Below, piece by piece: positions 1-9,354 of a stretch of DNA of 61,193 nt (its first letter is position 1; every line of letters begins with the position of its first letter). The notes below the pieces were generated by a model. The model saw only the letters and a program-made list of their open reading frames with translations. It searched no databases and was not told the DNA's origin. The DNA comes from an uncultured Alphaproteobacteria bacterium (GTDB taxonomy: Bacteria > Pseudomonadota > Alphaproteobacteria > RF32 > CAG-239). The stretch is from NCBI GenBank assembly GCA_944391695.1, contig CALXUO010000011.1, positions 1 to 61,193 of the forward strand, written 5' to 3'. The translations under genes and the position numbers were made by a program.

Positions 1-122
1 TGAGTTTTAACTGCAACAACTTCCAAGCCGTCAACTTGCAAAACCGTAACCGGCACATGAGTACCGTCAACATCAAAAATGCGGGACATTCCAAGTTTTT
101 TTGCAATCAGACCTGTACGCAT
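1..122 (-). CDS. rplC: 50S ribosomal protein L3, 5' part (runs off window edge)
   Basis: ATG at 122 reads [30 protein letters not shown], the L3 N-terminus; lies directly downstream of rpsJ. Not in the ORF track. Confidence 0.95.
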   Translation of the reverse strand, partial: MRTGLIAKKLGMSRIFDVDGTHVPVTVLQVDGLEVVAVKT

Positions 123-184
123 TATTATTTTTTCCTTTTCTTAATAGGTTGACTTAAAAAATACACCTTAAGCCAACATTAACA

Positions 185-493
185 TTATAACTTAATTTCA
201 ACATTAACACCGGCAGCCAAATCAAGCTTCATCAAAGCGTCAACCGTTTGCGGTGTCGGATCTACGATATCCAAGAGTCTCTTATGAGTACGAATTTCAA
301 ACTGTTCACGCGACTTTTTATTAATGTGCGGAGAACGGTTTATCGTAAACTTTTCGATTCTCGTCGGCAGAGGGATCGGACCTCTGACATTGGCGCCTGT
401 TCTTTTGGCGGTATGCACAATCTCTTTGGTAGAAAGATCAAGCAAACGATGATCAAAAGCCTTCAGGCGAATTCTTATATTTTGTGTATCCAT
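185..493 (-). CDS. rpsJ: 30S ribosomal protein S10
   Basis: [33 protein letters not shown] motifs; ATG at 493 preferred over the track's GTG at 502. Confidence 0.98.
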   Translation of the reverse strand: MDTQNIRIRLKAFDHRLLDLSTKEIVHTAKRTGANVRGPIPLPTRIEKFTINRSPHINKKSREQFEIRTHKRLLDIVDPTPQTVDALMKLDLAAGVNVEIKL

Positions 494-505
494 CTTAAAC
501 ACTTT

Positions 506-712
506 TCCTTATAACTAGACGGCATAACCTCAACCAATTTAGAAGTTTGCCATCTAAAAGTTAAACCTTATACAGAGCCTTATGGTCTCATCTCTCCCGC
601 CGCCGTTATCACCGCGGCACGCCCGGCAAACACCGAGAAAACCTAAGGATGCGTTATGTTTTATACCCCAAAGGTTGCCGGCTTTAATCCGCCTCAACCC
701 CTTTGATACGCG
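506..712 (-). ncRNA. Candidate structured 5' leader (r-leader) of the rpsJ/S10 operon
   Basis: Stems at 669-705, a multibranch element at 578-648 and a long hairpin at 516-556; several pairs work only as G-U on the minus strand. Confidence 0.55.
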
Positions 713-715
713 CCT

Positions 716-744
716 CTTGTAACATATCACAAACTAAATTGCAA
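716..744 (-). promoter_or_regulatory. Putative sigma70 promoter of rpsJ
   Basis: TTGCAA (744-739), 17 bp, TACAAG (721-716). Confidence 0.45.
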
Positions 745-866
745 GCAAAAAAATGAAAAAAATGAAAAATTTTTACTTTTTCAATTTTAGCAAACCCTTT
801 TCCAGACTCTGTTTGAGTCAAGTCAGCTTTTTTGTCCAACCTAAGTCAAATTTGATTTTAAAAAGC

Positions 867-902
867 TAAACGATGCTTGAGTTTCACCTCAAACACCGTT
901 TA
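867..902 (-). terminator. Intrinsic terminator-like hairpin after the frameshifted orphan gene
   Basis: Minus strand AAACGGTGTTTGAG-gtgaaa-CTCAAGCATCGTTT followed by AGCTTTTT; G-U pairs favour the minus strand; overlaps the TGA at 891-889. Confidence 0.6.
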
Positions 903-1354
903 ATTTCTCTTTTTCAGACTTTTTTGCTGCCGCCATAATAGCATCAATTTTAGCCTGCCGTTCTGCCTCCTTTTCAGCAAGCAGTTTAGCCTTCATCTCT
1001 GCCTTTTCGGCATCAATACACGCTCTTTCCTCGGCAACAATTTCGCTCTGAGTTTTACCCCCAAAGACCTAAGCCACGCGGTAATTGCCGCACTTCCTTT
1101 CACCAAATCCAACGGTCTCTGGCTCACCCAATATCGGCAAACATACCCATCGGCTACTTCTGTTTCCTCAACAATCAGTTCCTGATTGACATCAAATTCT
1201 TTCAAAAACTCGTTGATTTTTTCAACATCAAAGTTGCGCAATGCCAGTTTGAAAAGATCTTCCCTCTTGGGCGTGTCCTGTACTTTTACCTCATTTTCAG
1301 CGCTCTTTTCCGATATCTTCGACCTCAGAAAAGAAAAAAGTCCTTTTTTGCCAT
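889..1354 (-). pseudogene. Orphan gene interrupted by two -1 frameshifts (pseudogene, recoded gene or assembly indels); 155 aa when restored
   Basis: ATG at 1354 stops after 9 codons. A -1 shift at the A6 run (1349-1344) enters the frame of track ORF 993-1241; a second -1 shift at the G5 run (1062-1058) enters an Ala/Glu/Lys-rich frame ending at TGA 891-889. Confidence 0.6.
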
Positions 1355-1363
1355 AATCAATAA

Positions 1364-1618
1364 TTATTTACTTGTTTGTTCTTTTTTTAAAAAAGCATTC
1401 ACCTTTTGCATATGAGCAGCTTCTTGAGCCGCTTTTTGCTGCATCAAGGCCTTTTGCCTGTGCTCTTCTTCCCTGTCCAAAATGTTTTTCATTTCCGCCA
1501 TCTCCGCTTGCATCTTGGCACCAAGCCCTTCCAAAAGCTCTCCCATTGCTTTATTGGGATATTGCTTAAGAATATCCATGGGGCGCCAAATCATCCTCGA
1601 AGAAATTCTGTGTGTCAC
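1364..1618 (-). CDS. Hypothetical small coiled-coil protein, weak paralog of 889-1354
   Basis: 84-aa ORF with GTG start (start uncertain); RPMDILK...LEGLGAKMQAEM followed by an E/K/Q/A-rich helix. Confidence 0.5.
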   Translation of the reverse strand: MTHRISSRMIWRPMDILKQYPNKAMGELLEGLGAKMQAEMAEMKNILDREEEHRQKALMQQKAAQEAAHMQKVNAFLKKEQTSK

Positions 1619-1699
1619 GCTGGATTTTTCGCCACAATTTTGTCAAGCAAATATTAATAGGATTAGTCCTATATCGCTAAAACTCTTGCATCAAAATAA

Positions 1700-1792
1700 C
1701 ACCAAGCAAAAGAAAAAGCGCCAGAACATCTCCCAGTGCTTCAATTCATTATCGGCGCTTATTTAAGAGCATCAATGCGAGATTGTAGCTCC
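1700..1792 (-). ncRNA. Candidate sRNA or attenuator leader
   Basis: Follows TTGCAA-17-TATGTG (1827-1799); hairpin GAGC-ta-CAAT...ATTG-at-GCTC at 1791-1767; 7-bp stem AAGCGCC/GGCGCTT (1760-1754 with 1722-1716) followed by a U-rich tail. Confidence 0.35.
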
Positions 1793-1860
1793 ATTCAGCA
1801 CATACCACATTTTATTTATCATTGCAAGCTTTTTAGACAAAAATTTCTTTTTCTCACCCC

Positions 1861-1892
1861 AAAAAAAAGAGAGCCAAGGCTCTCTCTTTTTT
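1861..1892 (-). terminator. ftsH intrinsic terminator (bidirectional form)
   Basis: A-run, AGAGAGC-caag-GCTCTCT, T-run at the ftsH stop. Confidence 0.8.
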
Positions 1893-3756
1893 ATAGCTCA
1901 GGTAATGAGGCTTGCGTCCGCTTTTCAGGCGCCACCGGAGCATCGGTATCTTTATTAATCGGTTTTCCGTCAAGCAAATCTTTAATTTCCTCGCCGCTCA
2001 AGGTTTCATATTCTATCAATGCTTCCGATAACTTTTCCCAATCAGCCTTATGCTCGGTCAAAAGTTTGGTTGCTTCTTGGTAAGCATTAACCACCAAAGA
2101 TTTTATTTCGGCATCAACCAATTTAGCGGTTTCCTCACTCATATTTCGACTCTGCGTAACCGACTTGCCCAAAAAAACCTCACCGGTATTTTCGGCATAC
2201 AAAACCGGCCCCAATTTATCGCTCATTCCCCATTCGGTAACCATCGAGCGAGCCAAATTGGTTGCCGCGGCAATATCCGATGACGCACCGGAGGTAATTT
2301 TTTTCGGCCCGAATTTCAATTCCTCGGCCACTCTGCCGCCCATCATGATAACAAGCCTAGACAACATCTTGGTTTTGGAATAAGAATACTGGTCTTTTTC
2401 CGGCAATTGCTGCACCATACCCAAAGCTCTTCCTCTGGGGATAATGGTCGCCTTGTGTATCGGGTCGGTTTCTTCTACAAACAATGAGCAAATGGCATGT
2501 CCGGCCTCGTGATAGGCTGTCAACTTTTTCTCATTATCATCCATTGCCATTGATTTGCGCTCAGCCCCCATCAAAACCTTATCTTTAGCCTCGTCAAAAT
2601 CTTTGGATGTAACTTTGGTTTTGTTCTTTCTGGCCGCCAAAAGCGCTGCCTCATTAACCAAGTTTGCCAAATCGGCTCCCGAGAAACCTGGCGTTCCGCG
2701 GGCAATCACCGACAATTTTACATCTTTTGCCAAAGGTACTTTCTTGACATGAACTTTTAAGATTTCCTCACGTCCTTTTTTATCAGGATTGGTAACCGTG
2801 ACCTGCCGGTCAAAGCGCCCCGGACGCAACAACGCCGGATCCAACACATCAGGCCTGTTGGTAGCGGCAATCACAATCACGTTCTCTTTATCTTCAAACC
2901 CATCCATCTCAACCAAAAGCTGGTTTAAGGTTTGTTCTCTTTCATCGTTGCCGCCACCAAGTCCGGCACCGCGATGCCGCCCTACAGCGTCAATTTCATC
3001 AATAAACAACAAACACGGCGCATTCTTCTTGGCCTGGGCAAACATATCGCGCACTCTTGATGAACTGACACCGACAAACATCTCCACAAAATCCGAACCC
3101 GAAATTGAGAAGAACGGCACATCAGCCTCACCGGCCACTGCTCTGGCCAAAAGAGTTTTACCCGTACCCGGAGGCCCCACCATCAACACACCTCTGGGAA
3201 TTTTGCCGCCCAAACGCTGAAATTTAGCCGGATCTTTCAAAAAATCGATTATTTCTTCCAGCTCTTGTTTAGCCTCATCGGCACCGGCCACATCGGCAAA
3301 AGTAACTTTTTTGGTATTTTCCACCAATCTGGCGCGTGATTTGCCAAAACTCATTGCTTTATTATTGCCGGAATTTGCCTGCCGCATAAAGAAAACCCAA
3401 ACCCCGATAAGCAAAAGCATCGGAAACCACGAAACAAAAATTCCCCATAAATTATTAGACGTATTATCCTCCGGCTGCGCGGTAACTTTCACGTCGTTTT
3501 TGCGCAAATTTTCAACCATCGTCGGGTCATATGGCGCATAAGTATAAAACTTAGTCCCGTTGGTGGCCACACCGCTGATACTGGCTCCGCTAATCACCAC
3601 CTCGGCAACTTGTTTATTTTCCACCCTGTCCATAAATTCGGAAAACGCCAATTTTTCGGCACCGGCCTTTGCCGGATCACCACCCCATATATTAACCGCC
3701 AATGACAACGCCAAGAATATACCCAGCCAAATAAAAAAATTCTTTCCCATTCCCAT
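1891..3756 (-). CDS. ftsH: ATP-dependent zinc metalloprotease FtsH
   Basis: Two N-terminal TM helices, Walker A GPPGTGKT, Walker [34 protein letters not shown] zinc motif. Confidence 0.98.
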   Translation of the reverse strand: MGMGKNFFIWLGIFLALSLAVNIWGGDPAKAGAEKLAFSEFMDRVENKQVAEVVISGASISGVATNGTKFYTYAPYDPTMVENLRKNDVKVTAQPEDNTSNNLWGIFVSWFPMLLLIGVWVFFMRQANSGNNKAMSFGKSRARLVENTKKVTFADVAGADEAKQELEEIIDFLKDPAKFQRLGGKIPRGVLMVGPPGTGKTLLARAVAGEADVPFFSISGSDFVEMFVGVSSSRVRDMFAQAKKNAPCLLFIDEIDAVGRHRGAGLGGGNDEREQTLNQLLVEMDGFEDKENVIVIAATNRPDVLDPALLRPGRFDRQVTVTNPDKKGREEILKVHVKKVPLAKDVKLSVIARGTPGFSGADLANLVNEAALLAARKNKTKVTSKDFDEAKDKVLMGAERKSMAMDDNEKKLTAYHEAGHAICSLFVEETDPIHKATIIPRGRALGMVQQLPEKDQYSYSKTKMLSRLVIMMGGRVAEELKFGPKKITSGASSDIAAATNLARSMVTEWGMSDKLGPVLYAENTGEVFLGKSVTQSRNMSEETAKLVDAEIKSLVVNAYQEATKLLTEHKADWEKLSEALIEYETLSGEEIKDLLDGKPINKDTDAPVAPEKRTQASLPEL

Positions 3757-3845
3757 CTAACAATCCTCATAAAAATCAAACAACATCTTTTTATATATAG
3801 GTTGTTTATTCCCAAAACACAAGCTTTAGTTTACAATCATCAGAC

Positions 3846-3878
3846 AAAAAAAAGAGCCGTCCCTAAGAACAGCTCTTT
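3846..3878 (-). terminator. Terminator after the dsbA-like gene
   Basis: AAAGAGC...GCTCTTT inverted repeat; the A-run gives a U-tail on the minus strand. Confidence 0.6.
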
Positions 3879-3900
3879 ACCAAATACATTTCCGACAAAA

Positions 3901-4626
3901 TTATTTTGCGGCATCAATAGCTTCTTGAATAACCGAAGCATCCAATGTCTGCAAAAGTTTGTTATTGAAGACCAAAGTCGGAACACCGCCGACCTGGATT
4001 CTTCCGGCCAAATCAGAAGCATCACTCAAAGTTTTTTGAACTTTTTCAGACTTCATATCAGCCTTAACCTTGTCCATATCAACACCTGTTGCGGCGACTA
4101 TTTCGTCAACTTTTGCCTCGGTCAAACGGCCCTTTGTCTCAAACAAAGCTGAATAAACTTCGGCAAATTTACCTTGCTCACCGGCAGCCAAAGCAGCCTC
4201 AGCCGCATATTTAGAAATTGGAGCCAAGAAAGTCATTGGCTTAGCAACAATCTTAACATCAGGATTGTTGGCGGCAATTTCTTTCAAAGCCGGATAAACC
4301 CTATGGCAGAAAGAGCATGAAAAGTCAAAGAACTCAACCAAAACCAACTCACCATTTGGATTGGCAATAACACCGTCATCGGCACGATTATTAAGTTCAT
4401 CGGCATTCGCTTTGATATTTTCTTCCAACTTTTTCAAAGCTTCTTCTCTTTGTTGAACTTCAAAAGCCTGAATAGCATCAACAACCATTCCCGGGTTTTC
4501 TTTCAAAGCCTCTTCAACGTTTACGCCACCTTTATTCGAAAAGCAGCAAACGCTACACATAACCAAAGCAACTATGGCTACCACCAAAGCCACCAAAGAT
4601 ACATAAACAGCATTTATATTTTTCAT
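3901..4626 (-). CDS. DsbA family (Com1/ScsC-like) thiol-disulfide oxidoreductase
   Basis: N-terminal TM segment, ENP-helical stalk, VEFFDFSCSFC (CxxC), cis-Pro loop GGVPT. Confidence 0.9.
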   Translation of the reverse strand: MKNINAVYVSLVALVVAIVALVMCSVCCFSNKGGVNVEEALKENPGMVVDAIQAFEVQQREEALKKLEENIKANADELNNRADDGVIANPNGELVLVEFFDFSCSFCHRVYPALKEIAANNPDVKIVAKPMTFLAPISKYAAEAALAAGEQGKFAEVYSALFETKGRLTEAKVDEIVAATGVDMDKVKADMKSEKVQKTLSDASDLAGRIQVGGVPTLVFNNKLLQTLDASVIQEAIDAAK

Positions 4627-4783
4627 TTAATCCACCTCATAAAAATGATATATTCAAAACCAAACACATATTAATCAATCAAAATATTATTTACAAGTCA
4701 AAAATAAATATTATTGATAATATAAAAAATATAAGTCATAAATAAAAACAATAAACAAACCAAACTCAAAAAGGATATTTTTT

Positions 4784-5443
4784 ATGTTTCACCTTCATCT
4801 TTCTTTATTTTCTCGAACTAAAGCCTTGGAATGTGATATAGACAATTTCCACGACAAACTGATTGATGCCTCCATGACTTTCAGCAAAGCTGTCAAAACC
4901 TATCTCAAAGAAGGTAAGAGTGAAAACTTTCAAAAAATATCCCGTGACATCAAAAAGATTGAACACGATGCTGACACTTTGCGCCGCAGTATTGAAAATC
5001 AGCTTTATGCCAACAATCTTCTTCCAGATTTAAGGGCCGATGTTCTGCAACTGGCCGAAAATCTTGATCGGGTTATCAACAAATTTGATGAGGCGACCTA
5101 TCTGTTTTATGTAGAGCAACCTGATATTCCGCAAGAATATCATGCCGATATCAAGGAGCTTAGCAAGTTGACATCAGACTGTGCTGAGAATATGGGCAAA
5201 GCCTCGCGTTCTTTTTTCCGTGATATGGTTTCGGTGCGAGATTATGCGCAAAAAGTCTATTTTATCGAGCATGAATCCGACCGTTGTTCGCGCCGTTTGC
5301 TGGAAAGAGTGTTCGATTCCAAACTTGCACTTGCCAACAAACTACAACTCAAACAATTTATCAACGAAATTGCCGACATTGCTGACATTGCCGAAGACTT
5401 TATCGACGAGCTGTTAATTTTCACCATTAAACGGAGCATCTGA
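4784..5443 (+). CDS. DUF47 / PhoU-like phosphate transport regulator
   Basis: IEHDADTLRR and IEHESD repeats, IADIAED; translationally coupled (TGATG) to the PiT gene. Confidence 0.9.
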   Translation: MFHLHLSLFSRTKALECDIDNFHDKLIDASMTFSKAVKTYLKEGKSENFQKISRDIKKIEHDADTLRRSIENQLYANNLLPDLRADVLQLAENLDRVINKFDEATYLFYVEQPDIPQEYHADIKELSKLTSDCAENMGKASRSFFRDMVSVRDYAQKVYFIEHESDRCSRRLLERVFDSKLALANKLQLKQFINEIADIADIAEDFIDELLIFTIKRSI

Positions 5444-6495
5444 TGGATTTGTCTTTCTTATTCTATCTTAGTTCGGGACTATTTTTAGGTTGGTCTTTAG
5501 GCGCCAGTGATGCGGCCAATATTTTCGGCACCGCCGTCGGCACCAAGATGGTCAAATTTCGCACGGCTGCCGTTATTTCTTCCGTTTTCATCATCATCGG
5601 CGCGGTTTATGCCGGCTCCGGCGCCTCGCAGACTTTGGGTACTTTGGGCTCGGTGAATACGCTGGCCGGTGCATTTATGGCTGCCCTTGCCGCGGCTCTG
5701 ACCATTTACTGGACGGTTAAGCTTTCACTGCCGGTTTCCACCTCGCAGGCCATTGTCGGCGCCATCATCGGCTGGAATCTGTTTGCCGGCAAACCGACCG
5801 ATGTCACCGTCTTAAGCAAGATTGTCGGCACTTGGATTTTCTGCCCTATCTTGGCCGGAGTGATTGCGGTTTTGCTCTATTTTTTGGTTCGTTTTGCCAT
5901 TCGTCATTGCCACATCGGGCTTATTCGTCAAGATTGTTATACCCGCATAGGCTTAATTTTAGCCGGAGCCTTCGGTGCTTATGCTTTAGGCGCCAACAAC
6001 ATTGCCAACGTCATGGGAGTTTTTGTTGCCTCAAGTCCTCTGCATGCAGTTAATTTCGGCACACTTTTCAGTCTTTCGGCAACTCAAGTGCTATTTTTCA
6101 TCGGCGGTATTGCCATCAGTGTAGGAGTATTTACCTATTCACACAAACTCATGACCACCGTTGGCAACGGCATTGTCAAAATGTCGCCCTTGATGGCTTG
6201 GGTTGCGGTTGTATCCCAAGCTCTTGTTTTGTATTTGTTTGCCTCGCAAAATTTGCAACATTTTCTTATCTCCCACAACTTGCCGAGTTTTCCGCTGGTT
6301 CCGGTCTCAAGTTCGCAAGCCATCATCGGCGCGGTTATTGGTATCGGGCTAGCCAAAGGCGCCTACCGCATCAATTGGGGCTTAATCGGCCGCATAACCT
6401 TTGGCTGGATTCTAACCCCTGTTGCCGCCGCCTTGCTGTGCTATATTTCTTTGTTCTTTTTGCAAAACGTCTTTGATATGGAAGTCTGCCGATGA
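5443..6495 (+). CDS. PiT family inorganic phosphate transporter
   Basis: GASDAAN and GANNIAN signatures, PVSTSQAIVG and PVSSSQAIIG; highly hydrophobic. Confidence 0.93.
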   Translation: MDLSFLFYLSSGLFLGWSLGASDAANIFGTAVGTKMVKFRTAAVISSVFIIIGAVYAGSGASQTLGTLGSVNTLAGAFMAALAAALTIYWTVKLSLPVSTSQAIVGAIIGWNLFAGKPTDVTVLSKIVGTWIFCPILAGVIAVLLYFLVRFAIRHCHIGLIRQDCYTRIGLILAGAFGAYALGANNIANVMGVFVASSPLHAVNFGTLFSLSATQVLFFIGGIAISVGVFTYSHKLMTTVGNGIVKMSPLMAWVAVVSQALVLYLFASQNLQHFLISHNLPSFPLVPVSSSQAIIGAVIGIGLAKGAYRINWGLIGRITFGWILTPVAAALLCYISLFFLQNVFDMEVCR

Positions 6496-6932
6496 AAGTT
6501 ACGATTCTTGCCATCGGCAAATGCAAAAAATCCTCACCCGAGGCTTTGCTTATAGGCGAGTACTTAAAGCGCTCTTCTTGGCAGATAACCATCAAAGAGC
6601 AAGATAACGCCACCCAACAAGCCGAAGCCAAATTTCTAACCCAAAACATTCCCCACGGCGCCAAGGTCATTGTCTTGGACGAACGCGGCGAAAACATCAA
6701 ATCGACCGAGCTTGCCGCCCAAATTGCCAATTGGCAGTTAAACGGTATCTCGGAGCTCTGTTTTCTAATCGGAGGAGCCGACGGCCACCTGCAATCCACC
6801 CGCGACAGGGCTGATTTGGTCTTATCTTTTGGCAAGCTAACCCTGCCGCATATGCTGATGCGTGTGGTTTTAACAGAGCAAATCTATCGTCTTCAAACCA
6901 TTATTGCCGGGCATCCCTATCATCGCGAATAA
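6492..6932 (+). CDS. rlmH: 23S rRNA m3Psi1915 methyltransferase RlmH
   Basis: LDERG, FLIGGADG, LTLPHMLMRVVLTEQIYR, GHPYHRE. Confidence 0.97.
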   Translation: MKVTILAIGKCKKSSPEALLIGEYLKRSSWQITIKEQDNATQQAEAKFLTQNIPHGAKVIVLDERGENIKSTELAAQIANWQLNGISELCFLIGGADGHLQSTRDRADLVLSFGKLTLPHMLMRVVLTEQIYRLQTIIAGHPYHRE

Positions 6933-6940
6933 TTTAGGAG

Positions 6941-6969
6941 TTGACACGAATCCTTTTTTCGTCTATATT
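6941..6969 (+). promoter_or_regulatory. Near-consensus sigma70 promoter of the orphan gene
   Basis: TTGACA (6941-6946), 17 bp, TATATT (6964-6969). Confidence 0.7.
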
Positions 6970-7000
6970 TGTCTCAAAGAAAACAAATTTTTTATATATT

Positions 7001-7477
7001 ATGAAACTCAAAAAAATTGCAGCCTTGCTTTCTAGAAAAGACAGAGCTGCCCAGGAGTGGGATCTCCTGAGAGAAAATAACTTAACCATCCCACAACTGC
7101 TTTCCGCTCCGGCTGTTGAAACCTCTGAGTTTTTGTTCTTAGTGAACAAATTCTTCAAAGGTGTAAACATATTCCGTCTCAAAGACGTCAAAGTCTTTGA
7201 GGTTTTTAAAAACGGAGTATTTATTGAGAACCTCATCGGTATTGAGCGCCCCTATGGCGTCCTTGCCGTAACAGTCAGCAGAAAGACCGTCTCGCTCGTC
7301 ATGCCAGCAGATGGCATCACCCTGGTTAAAAATGACTACTTCAGGGTTTATGAAAAAGACGGATATTCTTTCACCCTCTACCAACTGGTAAAGGGAAAAA
7401 CTATCCCCATCTGCAAGATGGTCGACCAGAAAAACGCAGACGGAGGCTATAGCCCAAAATGCGTAGAGATAATCTAA
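7001..7477 (+). CDS. Hypothetical protein (158 aa)
   Basis: Open frame with ATG at 7001 downstream of its own promoter and followed by a terminator; no motif recognised. Confidence 0.75.
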   Translation: MKLKKIAALLSRKDRAAQEWDLLRENNLTIPQLLSAPAVETSEFLFLVNKFFKGVNIFRLKDVKVFEVFKNGVFIENLIGIERPYGVLAVTVSRKTVSLVMPADGITLVKNDYFRVYEKDGYSFTLYQLVKGKTIPICKMVDQKNADGGYSPKCVEII

Positions 7478-7482
7478 AAACC

Positions 7483-7527
7483 AAACCGCTTACCCTTACA
7501 CCAAGGCTAAGCGGTTTAACTTTTTTT
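7483..7527. terminator. Bidirectional terminator between the orphan and rsfS
   Basis: AAACCGCTTA (7483-7492) / TAAGCGGTTT (7508-7517) inverted repeat. Confidence 0.75.
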
Positions 7528-7900
7528 ACTTGGCGGCTTTTATCGCCGACCACATTTTCTCCAAATTATAAAAAGCTCTTACTTCCGGCCTAAATATATG
7601 TACAATTACATCATAAGCATCAATCAACACCCAATCGGCCTTTTCCTCGCCCTCGGCCATCGATTGAAAACCTTTTTCTTTCAATTTAAGTTGCAAATTC
7701 TCTGCCAACGACGCCACATGCCGATTCGAATTTCCGCTTGCCACCACCATATAAGAGGCAATTGATGACTTTCCCTCCAAATCAATCACCACGATATCCT
7801 CGGCCTTTCCGTCATCAAGCGAGGTTTTGACAATCTGCAAAATATCTTCTGCCATATCTTCATTTATTTTTCTTTTTACTTTTCCGGCCAATTTAACCAC
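7526..7900 (-). CDS. rsfS: Ribosome silencing factor RsfS (Iojap)
   Basis: KAEDIVVIDL, SGNSNRHV, WVLIDAYDVIVHIF, FYNLEKMW; true start may be TTG 7891 or ATG 7855. Confidence 0.96.
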   Translation of the reverse strand: MVKLAGKVKRKINEDMAEDILQIVKTSLDDGKAEDIVVIDLEGKSSIASYMVVASGNSNRHVASLAENLQLKLKEKGFQSMAEGEEKADWVLIDAYDVIVHIFRPEVRAFYNLEKMWSAIKAAK

Positions 7901-7911
7901 TCCTTTTTATC

Positions 7912-8982
<1,071 letters not shown>

Positions 8983-9030
8983 TTACTTTGCAGATTTCTA
9001 AATCCAAGATATCCTATTTTTTTGAAAAGT

Positions 9031-9065
9031 AAAGGGGACGCAAATCGACATCCCCTCTTCCTTTT
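9031..9065 (-). terminator. Hairpin/terminator between rpmA and obgE
   Basis: Minus strand AGGGGATGT-cgatt-TGCGTCCCCT followed by TTACTTTT. Confidence 0.55.
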
Positions 9066-9083
9066 ATAAATGCTTTTTCAAGC

Positions 9084-9338
9084 TTATTCGGCAACCACCG
9101 AAACAACCGTTTTATCGCCGGCTTTCTTCGAGAACACAACCTTACCCTCGCTAAGAGCAAACAAGGTATGATCCTTACCCATACCGACATTTGCACCCGG
9201 ATGATATTGAGTGCCGCGTTGGCGCACGATAATATTTCCCGGAATAACGGCCTGACCGCCGGATTTTTTCAAACCCAAACGACGCCCGATGGAGTCGCGT
9301 CCGTTAGATGAGCTACCGCCTGATTTCTTATGAGCCAT
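9084..9338 (-). CDS. rpmA: 50S ribosomal protein L27
   Basis: [35 protein letters not shown]. Confidence 0.98.
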   Translation of the reverse strand: MAHKKSGGSSSNGRDSIGRRLGLKKSGGQAVIPGNIIVRQRGTQYHPGANVGMGKDHTLFALSEGKVVFSKKAGDKTVVSVVAE

Positions 9339-9354
9339 TGTTCAAATCTCCTTA

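Noticed and set aside
148-178. Hairpin between rpsJ and rplC (GTTGGCTTAA/TTAAGTCAAC on the minus strand)
   Set aside because: Real stem but no U-tail; an ordinary intercistronic structure with no further evidence of function.
745-860. AAAAAAATG tandem repeat, small GACTC/GAGTC hairpin and TCAAATTTGA palindrome
   Set aside because: Short, low-complexity features in an AT-rich spacer; no att, dif or terminal inverted repeat pattern supported.
1765-1800. GAATGGAGCT...TGATGCTCTTA faintly like a fluoride riboswitch
   Set aside because: P1 stem and central conserved segment do not fit, and no fluoride-related gene follows; left as an unassigned structured element.
6941-7000. TTG-started N-terminal extension of the orphan ORF
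   Set aside because: The TTG is the -35 box of a TTGACA-17-TATATT promoter; ATG 7001 is more plausible.
9031-9060. GGGACGCAAA resembling part of a c-di-GMP-I riboswitch
   Set aside because: No upstream GGCAAA/GNRA stem and wrong strand relative to the genes; explained as the rpmA hairpin.
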